Shown here piece after piece: positions 1-9,145 of a DNA stretch of 64,000 bases (position 1 is the first letter of the stretch; every line of letters starts with the position of its first letter). The DNA lies in contig OY969763.1 of assembly GCA_963702845.1 (NCBI GenBank), positions 1,504,001 through 1,568,000 on the forward strand. Direction: 5' to 3'. The notes beneath the pieces were generated by a model. The model ran no database searches, was not told the origin of the DNA, and saw only the letters and a list, made by a program, of their open reading frames with translations. A program made the translations under genes and the position numbers. The stretch is from an uncultured Verrucomicrobiae bacterium. GTDB lineage: Bacteria; Verrucomicrobiota; Verrucomicrobiia; Limisphaerales; Palsa-1400.

Positions 1-61
1 GATGCCATTCGGAACAAACCGGCTTGCAATAGGCTCGTTTTCTCGTCATTGTCGCTGCCAG

Positions 62-1426
62 ATGTATCGAGCCCACCGGCGTTTGCAGAGCTGGCGTGGT
101 TTATCCCGCAAGGCACGACGACTCCTGCGAATCGCCGGAGCGTTGGTTTTCCCCCTGATCGTTTCGAGCCTGCTCGCGCCACGTGTTTTTGCTGATGCTC
201 CTGACGAACTGAAAAAAGAGGTGGACCTGCTTCGCGAACAGAACCGGCTGTTGCAGGAACAGGTCAAAGCACAACAGCAGACGATGGATCAGGTGAATCG
301 CCGCATGTCGGACTTGGAGCGGCGGGTTCAGGAAAGTGCTTCGAACCGTGAAAGCGACGACCAGGAAAATCAGAAGAAACGGTTTGCGATCAAGAACGTG
401 ATCATCGGTGGCGAGGGCGGGATCGCATTTTTCGCCGGGGGGCGGGATTCCCAATTTCCGCATAACGAATTTCGCATCGATGAAGCGCGGTTATTTGTTG
501 AGAGCCCGATCATCGAGAACGTCTACTTTTATTCTGAACTCAATCTCACAACGCGCGATGCGTTTGATGAGACGTTTCATCTTGGCGAGATTTATTTGGA
601 TTTCGAAAATCTATCGCGTTTTTGGAATCAGGATGGCCAACTGACGTTACGCTTTGGACGTTTCTACACGCCGTTTGGCGATGAGTATCAGCAGCGGTAT
701 GCCATCGACAATCCGCTGATTTTACATTCCCTGAGTGATATCTGGGGTGTGGACGAAGGGATCGAGATTTTTGGGACATTAAAGAAGGTGAGCTATGCCC
801 TCGCCGTACAGAATGGCGGCATCGAAATGTTGAACGATGCGACGGGTGACAAATCAGTAGCAGGACGAATCGGTTTTGATCCGACTCGCAACCTGCACTT
901 GAGCGCGAGTGCTATGCGCACCGGCAACATCACGTCGCAAGAGTATCTTTCGGCGTTGTGGTTCGGGAATGGGTTTTTCCAACCGCTACCGGGTTCTTCG
1001 GCAACGAAGTTTCACGCGAATCTGTTCGAAGGCGATTTGGAGTATAAGTGGCAGACCGGTCACATCCGCGGTGCTGGCGGTTATGCTTACTGGGCCGACA
1101 ATGATCCGGTGCAACAGCATCATCGCGACATCTATTATTATTATGGCGAGGTGGTGCAGAACTTAACGAAACGGTTTTATGCCGCGGCGCGATTCAGTCA
1201 AATACTCGCTGTGCACGGATATCCGCTGGTCGGCAACACGCCTTTTCCGGAATATTCGGAAGACCTGACGAAGGAATTGTGGCGTCTCAGCATGGGTGTG
1301 GGCTGGCGCTATAACGAACATTTTCTCCTAAAAGCTGATTACAGCTTCGAACGAGGCCGGGAACAAAACGGCGACTCCAGGCATCATGAAGATATGTTTG
1401 GTGCAGAAGCTGCTTTTCAGTTCTGA
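62..1426 (+). CDS. Outer-membrane beta-barrel/porin-like protein with N-terminal coiled coil
   Basis: Signal-like hydrophobic stretch ending VFA-D, Q/E-rich coiled coil, amphipathic beta strands, C-terminal Phe (AEAAFQF). Start uncertain (ORF open from 2). Confidence 0.7.
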   Translation: MYRAHRRLQSWRGLSRKARRLLRIAGALVFPLIVSSLLAPRVFADAPDELKKEVDLLREQNRLLQEQVKAQQQTMDQVNRRMSDLERRVQESASNRESDDQENQKKRFAIKNVIIGGEGGIAFFAGGRDSQFPHNEFRIDEARLFVESPIIENVYFYSELNLTTRDAFDETFHLGEIYLDFENLSRFWNQDGQLTLRFGRFYTPFGDEYQQRYAIDNPLILHSLSDIWGVDEGIEIFGTLKKVSYALAVQNGGIEMLNDATGDKSVAGRIGFDPTRNLHLSASAMRTGNITSQEYLSALWFGNGFFQPLPGSSATKFHANLFEGDLEYKWQTGHIRGAGGYAYWADNDPVQQHHRDIYYYYGEVVQNLTKRFYAAARFSQILAVHGYPLVGNTPFPEYSEDLTKELWRLSMGVGWRYNEHFLLKADYSFERGREQNGDSRHHEDMFGAEAAFQF

Positions 1427-1428
1427 GG

Positions 1429-2105
1429 ATGAATTTGTTCCGTGCTGTGCTGGTGTCGATGGCATTCGTTGTAAGTCTCCGGGCTGGAGATATTTCCGGC
1501 TTTGTACATGCCAAAGGAAAACTCGATGCCACCCAAGAGGCAGCTTCCTCCAATTATCAAAGCCATAAGTTTAAATTTGCCGAAAAGGTGAATTACGACG
1601 AGTTGACCGACTTTATTGTCTACATCGAAGGCAAATTCCCGAATGCCAAAGCGCCGACTGAAGTCAAACGAGTGGTCACGCAAAAGGATGCCACGTTTCA
1701 TCCCCACGTGCTGCCCGTTATGGCGGGGACCAAAGTCGAATGGCCAAACGAGGACGAGATCTTCATAACGTTTTTTCTATTTCCGAATCAAACCCGTTCG
1801 ATCTCGACCTCTATAAGAAAGGACAGACCCCGAAACCGGTCACATTTATGAAGCCGGGCAAGGTCGATGTGTTCTGTTCCATTCACGCGAAGATGTATTG
1901 CATTGTTTTGGTTTTGGATAATCCGTACTTCGCCAGCGCAGATGACAAAGGGCGTTACAAAATGTCTAACGTTCCGGCGGGCACTTACAAAATTACTGCG
2001 TGGCACGAACGTCTACCGAAACTCACACAAGAAATCACCGTTCCCGAAACTGGGATGGTCAAAATGGATTTTATGATGGGAATCAAAAATCTTCCAAAAC
2101 CCTGA
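1429..2105 (+). CDS. Secreted cupredoxin-like / carboxypeptidase-regulatory-like domain protein (frameshift near 1765)
   Basis: ORFs 1429-1851 and 1740-2105 join if one C is restored in ATCTTC(C)ATAAC, giving NEDEIFHNVFS...FCSIHAKM...VPAGTYKITAWHE. Confidence 0.75.
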
Positions 2106-2108
2106 GGC

Positions 2109-4346
2109 ATGTCGCGCTTCAAACTCAATTTCCAGGCAAAGGTGCTCATCCCTGTGGTGGGTGTCCTGGTGTTGTTTTTTGTTGCGACGATGTGGCTGTT
2201 GAATTTGCGTATCGAAAGCCAGCTTCGCAACGAAGCGAGCGAATCGTTGATGAGGGCGCATGCTGTTTTTCAAAAATCCCTCCAGTTGCGCGCGCAGAAT
2301 TTACAGGCGCAGTTCAGCCCTGTGTGCAATCAGGCAAGCTTCATTTCGGTAGTAACAAAAACCGATGCGCAGACTTTGCAGGACTACTTAAGACAAATGC
2401 TCGAAACAGTCACCTCGGACGCGGAGGCCGCGATGTTTTCGGCGGAAGACGGCAAACTGGTTGCAGCAACAAATTTGCAATCGGGGATTCAGCTTAAACG
2501 ATTGCATGGCGTGTGTGTGCCGTCAATTGATCAGGTTTTGGAAGATGGCAAGACCAAGGTCGACGTGGTTCAATTTGACGACAAGTTGTTCAACGTTGTC
2601 AGTATTCCAGCGTTTGATCCCACCAAACGGCTTATGGGCATCCTGACACTCGCAGTTGATCTGGGAAAAGCTGTTTCCGAGTTCAAGCTGCATCCTCACA
2701 GTGAAATTGTTTTTATCGCAAACGACCACATCGTAGCTACAACTTTCAAAACCGCTGACCATGACGCTGCATCACTCGGCTTCTATGTTGATATGTTGGG
2801 CAAACGCGGGTCGGCTCAGGATGCACCGATTCGGAAAGCGCACTTCGTTGGTTTGGCCGATCGCTTCCCACAACTTGGCGGCCAGGGCAGCGCGGGTTAC
2901 TTGCTGCTTTCGTCGTATGACTTCAATTGGACCGAATTTGAAGAAACGCGTCATCTGCTGATTGCCGCAGGCTTGTTCGGCACGATCCTGGGAACAGTTT
3001 TGGTCTGGCTGATTGTGCGGCGCGCAACTCAGCCGTTGCGCGATTTGCGCAATAGCGCAGAGGCGGTGAGCCGCGGTGATTTTTCGCAGCACATCACGAT
3101 TTCATCGACGGACGAACTCGGGCAACTGGCGCACGCGTTCAATCACATGACCGAGAATCTTCAGCGATCGATCAGCGAGCTTGAGACAACGGTGGAAAAG
3201 TTGAAAACGGCCCAGGCGCAGTTGGTGCAAAGTGAAAAGCTTTCGGCCATCGGCGAATTTGTGGCCGGTGTTGCGCATGAATTGAACAATCCGCTGACAA
3301 GCGTCATTGGGTTCACTGAACTGCTGAAGAATTCGGATGTGACCGAGCAAACTCGCGGTTCGCTCAAGCACATCAGCTCGAGCGCCGAGCGTTGTCAGAA
3401 GATTGTCAAAAGCCTGCTGAGTTTCGCGCGCCAACATGCGCCTGAACGCCAATCGGTGAACGTGAATTCAATCGTTGATGCGGTAATCGAGATTCTCGCT
3501 TACGAACTTCGCACCAGTAATATCATCGTGACGACTGATCTTGATCAGAATTTGCCAGCCGTGATTGGCGATGCGCATCAGTTGCAACAGGTGTTCTTGA
3601 ACATGGTCAACAATGCGCGTCAGGCAATCGAGTCGCATCGAACGAGCGGCAATATTCATGTCACGAGTCACCTCGACGGCGACACCGTGCGCGTGCGGTT
3701 CCTCGACGACGGGCCGGGCATCGCTCCAGAAAATGTGAAGAAGCTCTTCACGCCGTTCTTCACGACAAAACCGGTTGGTAAAGGCACTGGACTCGGGTTG
3801 AGTGTTTCATACGGGATGATTAAAGAACACGGCGGCAACATTGTCGTCGACAGCAATCCGGGCAAGAGCACCACATTTACAATTGAATTGCCCGCCGCTA
3901 AAGGCGAAGTCGCTGTTCAAATGGACGCGCCCAAAGCGCCGGCGCAACCAGCTCCCGCTCGCGAGGGCAATGGTCGCAAAATTCTCATTGTGGACGATGA
4001 ACCTTCGATTCTCGAGCTGGTGACCATCGCGCTTCAGATGCACGGATATGAGGTGGACACTTTGTCCGATGGTAAAGCAGCTTTGGAAAAACTCGAGCGT
4101 CATCGCTACGACTTAACGGTGCTCGATTTCAAAATGCCCGGCATGGGCGGCCAGGAAGTTTACAAACACTTGTTGTGCAGCAATCCCGACGCGGCAAGGC
4201 GCGTCTTGTTTATGACCGGTGACGTGCTTGGCGAGAAAACCGAGAATTATCTCAAAGAACACGGTACTCTTTGCGTTTCGAAGCCTTTTACGCTCGATAC
4301 GTTGCGGTCGATGGTGAAGAAGTCACTGGACCAAAGCAAAAATTGA
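2109..4346 (+). CDS. Membrane hybrid sensor histidine kinase (HAMP-HisKA-HATPase-REC)
   Basis: Two TM segments, HAMP (DELGQLAHAFN), H-box AHELNNPL, N box, DDGPGI, GKGTGLGL, receiver ILIVDDE...DFKMPGMGG...KPF. Confidence 0.95.
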   Translation: MSRFKLNFQAKVLIPVVGVLVLFFVATMWLLNLRIESQLRNEASESLMRAHAVFQKSLQLRAQNLQAQFSPVCNQASFISVVTKTDAQTLQDYLRQMLETVTSDAEAAMFSAEDGKLVAATNLQSGIQLKRLHGVCVPSIDQVLEDGKTKVDVVQFDDKLFNVVSIPAFDPTKRLMGILTLAVDLGKAVSEFKLHPHSEIVFIANDHIVATTFKTADHDAASLGFYVDMLGKRGSAQDAPIRKAHFVGLADRFPQLGGQGSAGYLLLSSYDFNWTEFEETRHLLIAAGLFGTILGTVLVWLIVRRATQPLRDLRNSAEAVSRGDFSQHITISSTDELGQLAHAFNHMTENLQRSISELETTVEKLKTAQAQLVQSEKLSAIGEFVAGVAHELNNPLTSVIGFTELLKNSDVTEQTRGSLKHISSSAERCQKIVKSLLSFARQHAPERQSVNVNSIVDAVIEILAYELRTSNIIVTTDLDQNLPAVIGDAHQLQQVFLNMVNNARQAIESHRTSGNIHVTSHLDGDTVRVRFLDDGPGIAPENVKKLFTPFFTTKPVGKGTGLGLSVSYGMIKEHGGNIVVDSNPGKSTTFTIELPAAKGEVAVQMDAPKAPAQPAPAREGNGRKILIVDDEPSILELVTIALQMHGYEVDTLSDGKAALEKLERHRYDLTVLDFKMPGMGGQEVYKHLLCSNPDAARRVLFMTGDVLGEKTENYLKEHGTLCVSKPFTLDTLRSMVKKSLDQSKN

Positions 4347-4364
4347 CCGCTTCGAATTGCCCAC

Positions 4365-4781
4365 CTACTTCGCTCGAAGAAGAAGCACTGGAACGCTAAT
4401 GCTGTGTTGGACGCGGCTCGCCGTTGTGCCGAGAAAAATATCGGCGATAAATCGATGCCCATGCGTGCTCATCGCGACGAGATCGCAGCCTTTGCTCCTG
4501 ATCCATTTGACGATTTCCGTAGCCGGATCGCCATAGGCTAGTTCGGATTCAACTGGGATTCCGGTGGACTGGAAGTCGATTAGGATTTTTTTGAGATAAG
4601 CGTTGTCTTCGTTGATCTCGTTGCTGACGGCGTCGGCGCCATATGTGCGAGCGGCCCAACCGTCGGCGACGTGCAGCAGAACGACCCGACTGCCGGCGAG
4701 TTTCGCCAGGACTTTTACATGCTCGATAATGGGCTTGTCCGTCGCGGTGCCTTCGAGTGTGAGAAGAATTTTGTTATACAC
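4365..4781 (-). CDS. Universal stress protein
   Basis: YNKILL, VVLLHV, GDPATEI, DLVAMSTHG, LGTTASRV...VPVLLLR. Confidence 0.9.
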   Translation of the reverse strand: MYNKILLTLEGTATDKPIIEHVKVLAKLAGSRVVLLHVADGWAARTYGADAVSNEINEDNAYLKKILIDFQSTGIPVESELAYGDPATEIVKWIRSKGCDLVAMSTHGHRFIADIFLGTTASRVQHSISVPVLLLRAK

Positions 4782-4796
4782 GCACCGGCCTTTTTG

Positions 4797-6194
4797 TTAG
4801 CTGCCGAAGATGATGTGCCATGCGGATTTCAGCGACTCGGGCAAACCCCAGACGTCCATCGCGGTGATGATCAACGCACTGGTCCAACCTGCGACCAGCA
4901 GAAACCAGCCAAGTTTCCATGAACCCATCTTGCTCTGTGAACTGGTAAAATGCAAAAGCGGAAACATCGCAAACGGTAGCTGCAGCGCCAGGACGACTTG
5001 GCTCAACGTGAGCAGGTCGTTAACGCTGCTGTCACCACGAAGGCCGATGATTACTATGGCTGGCACAATAGCAGCCAGCCGGGTGATAACGCGACGCAGC
5101 CACGGTTTCATGCGCCAATGCATGAAACCTTCCATCACGACCTGGCCCGCGAGTGTGCCGGTGATCGTGCTGCTTTGGCCGCTTGCGAGCAGGGCGATGA
5201 CGAAGAGCGCGCTGGCCGCAGCCGTGCCAAGTAACGGAGCGAGCGTCAGATATGCGATACGTATCCAATCGCTATCCGCGCTGAACGTCACCGTTCCTCC
5301 GCCCGCAACTGCGACGGTGCTCTTCCCATAAAATACAAGCGCAGCCAAAATTAGAATTGCCGCGTTGACGCAAAATGCGATAGCCAGCGCCACGACAGAG
5401 TCGATGGTGTTAAAGCGAATGGCGTTACGAATCGATGCCGTGTCCTTTTGCAGTTGTCGGCTCTGCACGAGCGCTGAGTGCAGATACAAATTGTGGGGCA
5501 TCACGGTAGCGCCGATAATGCCGATCGCCACGTAGAGCATGCCGGGATGATTCAGGCGTGGATGCGCCAGGGCCGCTCCCATTTCAGCAAAATCTGGTCG
5601 AGTTTGGGGAAGGATAAAAATTTCGATGAAATAACACGCGGCGATTGTCGTAACGAGGAGAAGCACGATCGCCTCCAGTTTGCGCATTCCGAAGCCTTGT
5701 AACGCGAGAAGCAGCAGCACGTCGAGACTCGTGATTATCACCGCCCAGAGCATCGGGATGTGAAACATTAGATTCAGCGCCACCGCGCTGCCGAGAACTT
5801 CGGCGAGGTCACAAGCGGCGATCGCCAGTTCGCAAAACATCCAGTTGGGTAGGCGCGTCCAGCGCGGATACCAATCACGACACGCTTGCGCTAGGTCTTT
5901 GCCAGTCACGACGCCCAGCCGGGCCGAGGTGATCTGCATGAAAATCGCCATGATGCTGGCGAGCGCAACGACCCAGAGCAGGCCGTATTTGAACTGCGCG
6001 CCGGCTGCGAGATCGGTGCCCCAATTGCCCGGGTCCATGTAGCCGACGCTGACAAGAATCGCAGGACCGACGAAAGCCCGCCACTGCTTCCAAAAGCTCG
6101 CCTGATGATGTGGAACGGGAACAGTGCTGTGCATGCCCTCGAGTGAGCGATGCCCAGTGTCTGTAACATTTTGGCCTTCCGCCGAATCTGCCAT
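4797..6194 (-). CDS. mntH: Nramp family Mn2+/Fe2+ transporter
   Basis: Signature motifs VGYMDPGNW, GATVMPHNLYLHS, GQSSTITGTLAGQVVMEGF. Confidence 0.95.
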   Translation of the reverse strand: MADSAEGQNVTDTGHRSLEGMHSTVPVPHHQASFWKQWRAFVGPAILVSVGYMDPGNWGTDLAAGAQFKYGLLWVVALASIMAIFMQITSARLGVVTGKDLAQACRDWYPRWTRLPNWMFCELAIAACDLAEVLGSAVALNLMFHIPMLWAVIITSLDVLLLLALQGFGMRKLEAIVLLLVTTIAACYFIEIFILPQTRPDFAEMGAALAHPRLNHPGMLYVAIGIIGATVMPHNLYLHSALVQSRQLQKDTASIRNAIRFNTIDSVVALAIAFCVNAAILILAALVFYGKSTVAVAGGGTVTFSADSDWIRIAYLTLAPLLGTAAASALFVIALLASGQSSTITGTLAGQVVMEGFMHWRMKPWLRRVITRLAAIVPAIVIIGLRGDSSVNDLLTLSQVVLALQLPFAMFPLLHFTSSQSKMGSWKLGWFLLVAGWTSALIITAMDVWGLPESLKSAWHIIFGS

Positions 6195-6212
6195 TGTAGC
6201 TTTAGATACAAT
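6193..6212. promoter_or_regulatory. MntR-type operator overlapping the mntH start codon
   Basis: ATTGTAGC-TTTA-GATACAAT inverted repeat with one mismatch. Confidence 0.7.
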
Positions 6213-6234
6213 TTGAAGTGTAGAATGTCAAACC

Positions 6235-6256
6235 ATTTGTAGCATAGGTTACAAAT
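6235..6256. promoter_or_regulatory. MntR-type operator in the mntH/mntR divergent region
   Basis: ATTTGTAGC-ATAG-GTTACAAAT, 9-4-9 inverted repeat with one mismatch, same geometry as the enterobacterial MntR box. Confidence 0.75.
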
Positions 6257-6299
6257 TCGACTCTCGACTACAGCTTTGGTTGTGCTAAAAATAATCATC

Positions 6300-6734
6300 A
6301 TGGCACGAGCCAAACAAAAACCTGTTTTGCCGGAGGCAGAGAAATTTCGCCGTTTGCGACGCGATCATTCCGTGGAGATTGCCCAGGATTACGTGGAAGC
6401 GATCGCTGATCTGGTTGCCGAAACCGGGGAGGCGCGTGTGGTAGATTTATCCAAACGTCTCGGGGTAACTCACGTTACGGTGAATCGCACCGTCATGCGA
6501 CTGCAGAAGGCCGGCTTCGTCAGGTCGCAGCCTTATCGCGCGATTTTCCTCACAGACAAGGGGCGAAATCTTGCTGAAATTTGCAAGAGCCGACACGAAA
6601 CAGTGGTGGCATTTCTTCGTTCACTCGGCATTCCGCAACGCGTTGCTGAAATGGATGCTGAAGGAATCGAGCATCACGTCAGTGAGGATACGTTGGCAGC
6701 TTTCAGATCTGTGCTCCGCAGAACCCGAGGTTAA
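6300..6734 (+). CDS. mntR: DtxR/MntR family manganese-dependent regulator
   Basis: QDYVEAI, DLSKRLGVTHVTV (HTH), RHETV, DAEGIEHHVS; divergent from mntH. Confidence 0.92.
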   Translation: MARAKQKPVLPEAEKFRRLRRDHSVEIAQDYVEAIADLVAETGEARVVDLSKRLGVTHVTVNRTVMRLQKAGFVRSQPYRAIFLTDKGRNLAEICKSRHETVVAFLRSLGIPQRVAEMDAEGIEHHVSEDTLAAFRSVLRRTRG

Positions 6735-9133
6735 TAGTTCGGCGGCGTCGTCCAGAGGAGTTGGTAAAACCGTTCTATTGGACTTCCCGGATTGTCGGAA
6801 AGGCTCATCGAATTCGAAGCCGAAGTGAAATTACTGATCGTTGCCCATTGTGCTTCCGACAGGCTGTTCTTGTATTGAAATCGGTAACTGACGAAAGGCG
6901 TGACGTTGCAATACAGATTGACGCTGCTGTTGCTGTTTGTAATTCCCGAAATCTTTGGTGCCCCGATGGCTGGACCTCGCGGTGTGACGTCGGACCACAA
7001 GAACCCGATGCGTAATTCGTCGACCATCATTGTTGCGGGTTGGAAAGTGTTGGTGATTTGATTGCCGCGTTGCAACAGCACGAAGCTTGCGATCTGCCCA
7101 CTTGTGCCGCCGGTGATATCGCTGCCGGTTGTCGCAATTAATGTTGCGCCAGGTGGTGTGTCCTGTCCAAACATGCGCGGGTTCGGATTGATCCACAACG
7201 ACGAGATGTCATCCGTTGAACTGCCGGAGTTAAATTTATAGCTGCCGACAAGAAACAGGGTGTCGTTCGTTGTAAATACGGCGGGGCACCAAACGTAATC
7301 CGAGGAGGTGCTGGAGTTCTTTGCGACCCCGATGTTGTAACCAGAATTGCCGACGGCGCGGGTCAGGATTCTTGTGGCCAGCACGGTTGGAGTGTTTACT
7401 TGGGAAGAGCGTGTATTGTTGAAACCCGCCGTCATTCCGCCATTAGTGCTGAGATTTCCAAGGTCATTAACTTTGAAGGCAAACGAATAGTAGAGCGTGC
7501 CGGTGGTTACGTTTGTGATCAGGTTGAAACGCGCACTTGGGCCCTCAACTGCTCCGAATTGCAGACCATTACCTTTGTAAAGCTGCAGACCTGAAATGGG
7601 CAGATTTCCGAAAACGACCGTCGCCGGTGGCGATGAGCCACTGCCCGCAGCAGACCACCAGTTGCCCGACGAATTCGTGATGTTGGATAATCTTGTACCA
7701 ACAGGATAGCCGAGCGGTTCGTAGATGGCCGGAATGATCACTGATAACTGCAAATCAAAACTCATGTTGGTGCCGCTCAAAGAGTATTGATGGACCTCGG
7801 CTGCAATCGTATTCGTGCCTTCGCGCAGTAGTGCCGGATCGATATTGTAGGTGTGCCATGTTGATTGAAGCGCACTGGCCATGACGGGAGCCAGAATCGT
7901 GTAGGTCGCGTTCGTGTTGAGTCCTTCAGAAATGATTGCGGTTCCGTTCAGGTAAACAATCGCCCCATGGCCGACAACCATTTTCATTATGGCACTGGTC
8001 ATCGCTGCTGTGTTGGTTGCAACGAACCGCGTTCGGAAATATGTCGTGATGATTTTGCTGTTCGCATTGTTGCCGAAGCTCACCACAGTTTGTTCATCGC
8101 CGTCACCGTATCCGAACTGCCCGGTGCCTGTGTTCCAGCCGGAGTCGTTGAAATTCGCCGTGCGCCACGCCACGCCTTGATCTGAACCGTCGTCGAGGTA
8201 TTTCCAATCCAAACCGCCGCCAATTAATTCGATTGGCGGCTGCGGTGCGTCCGTGCTGGTTCGAGGAAAGTACCGCAAGGGCTGGGTGGTCGCGTTATCA
8301 CTAACTGTAAAATATCCGCTGCTGAACGCGTCATAGCCTATGGCCTCTCCGTTCGGTTCACCGTCGGCAACCCCGGTGACTGGAATCGCAACCGGCGTAC
8401 CCGAAAACGCGCTGCTGATCGATTGCCCGTTCGTGCGCAGCCATAGCTTCGCAAAGTTTTCCTGTCGAACAATGATCTCGTTGCCCATCTGAGTGATGTC
8501 CGCTGCATTTGCGACGTCAAACGCAAGCGTCTGCACGAATTTTAAAGTGATCGAGTTGCTGACATCTAACTCGGCTTTCGGCGCCATATAGATTCGACTC
8601 GTGGCGGCCTTTGTCAGAATCCACAAATCGCCGGTTTGCGGATCGACAAACATTGCTTCGGCATTGTTGGTCTGGTCCGGGTAGGTGAGCGTGATCGTGC
8701 GTGCGCCTTTAATCAACGCTGCCGTGACTGGGTTCGTGACGTCGCGTGCATAAACAGCCGGCTCAGGAATTTGATACACTTTGATATGCGCACGTGTCAG
8801 ACCGTTGTCACCGATATCACCAACATAGAGGTAACTGATGTTTGTCACAGGCCCGGGGCCAATCGCGATATCTTCATTGTCCGTGTTTCCCGGAATCCCA
8901 TAAGTGCCGAGCAGGCGGCCTTGTGTGTCGATGGCGTAAACTTCGGCGGGATGGCCTGAGTCATTATGCGTCCACAGCACGGAGTCATTGTTGTGACTGG
9001 CAATAATTCCCGACGCTTCGGACAAACCCGAAATAGTGATGGTGCCATTTGTTATTGGCCCGGTAAAAGCCGGCGCTGCTTCCGATCGGCAGATTAGAAG
9101 GCTAAACAATGCTATAACAAAGTAGCGCGACAC
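6731..9133 (-). CDS. Secreted multidomain protein (EASG...WTHNDSG propeller-like domain, WKYLDDGSDQG beta-sandwich, shared ~240 aa domain, C-terminal tail)
   Basis: 800 aa ORF with signal peptide and recognisable motifs; function unknown. Confidence 0.8.
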   Translation of the reverse strand: MSRYFVIALFSLLICRSEAAPAFTGPITNGTITISGLSEASGIIASHNNDSVLWTHNDSGHPAEVYAIDTQGRLLGTYGIPGNTDNEDIAIGPGPVTNISYLYVGDIGDNGLTRAHIKVYQIPEPAVYARDVTNPVTAALIKGARTITLTYPDQTNNAEAMFVDPQTGDLWILTKAATSRIYMAPKAELDVSNSITLKFVQTLAFDVANAADITQMGNEIIVRQENFAKLWLRTNGQSISSAFSGTPVAIPVTGVADGEPNGEAIGYDAFSSGYFTVSDNATTQPLRYFPRTSTDAPQPPIELIGGGLDWKYLDDGSDQGVAWRTANFNDSGWNTGTGQFGYGDGDEQTVVSFGNNANSKIITTYFRTRFVATNTAAMTSAIMKMVVGHGAIVYLNGTAIISEGLNTNATYTILAPVMASALQSTWHTYNIDPALLREGTNTIAAEVHQYSLSGTNMSFDLQLSVIIPAIYEPLGYPVGTRLSNITNSSGNWWSAAGSGSSPPATVVFGNLPISGLQLYKGNGLQFGAVEGPSARFNLITNVTTGTLYYSFAFKVNDLGNLSTNGGMTAGFNNTRSSQVNTPTVLATRILTRAVGNSGYNIGVAKNSSTSSDYVWCPAVFTTNDTLFLVGSYKFNSGSSTDDISSLWINPNPRMFGQDTPPGATLIATTGSDITGGTSGQIASFVLLQRGNQITNTFQPATMMVDELRIGFLWSDVTPRGPAIGAPKISGITNSNSSVNLYCNVTPFVSYRFQYKNSLSEAQWATISNFTSASNSMSLSDNPGSPIERFYQLLWTTPPNY

Positions 9134-9145
9134 AAAATTGTCGTT

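Noticed and set aside
1755..1775. Programmed frameshift in the cupredoxin-like gene (likewise at ~27075 and ~39991)
   Set aside because: At 1765 and 39991 the change is a single missing base in a CC pair with no slippery sequence; similar indels across unrelated genes point to sequencing error.
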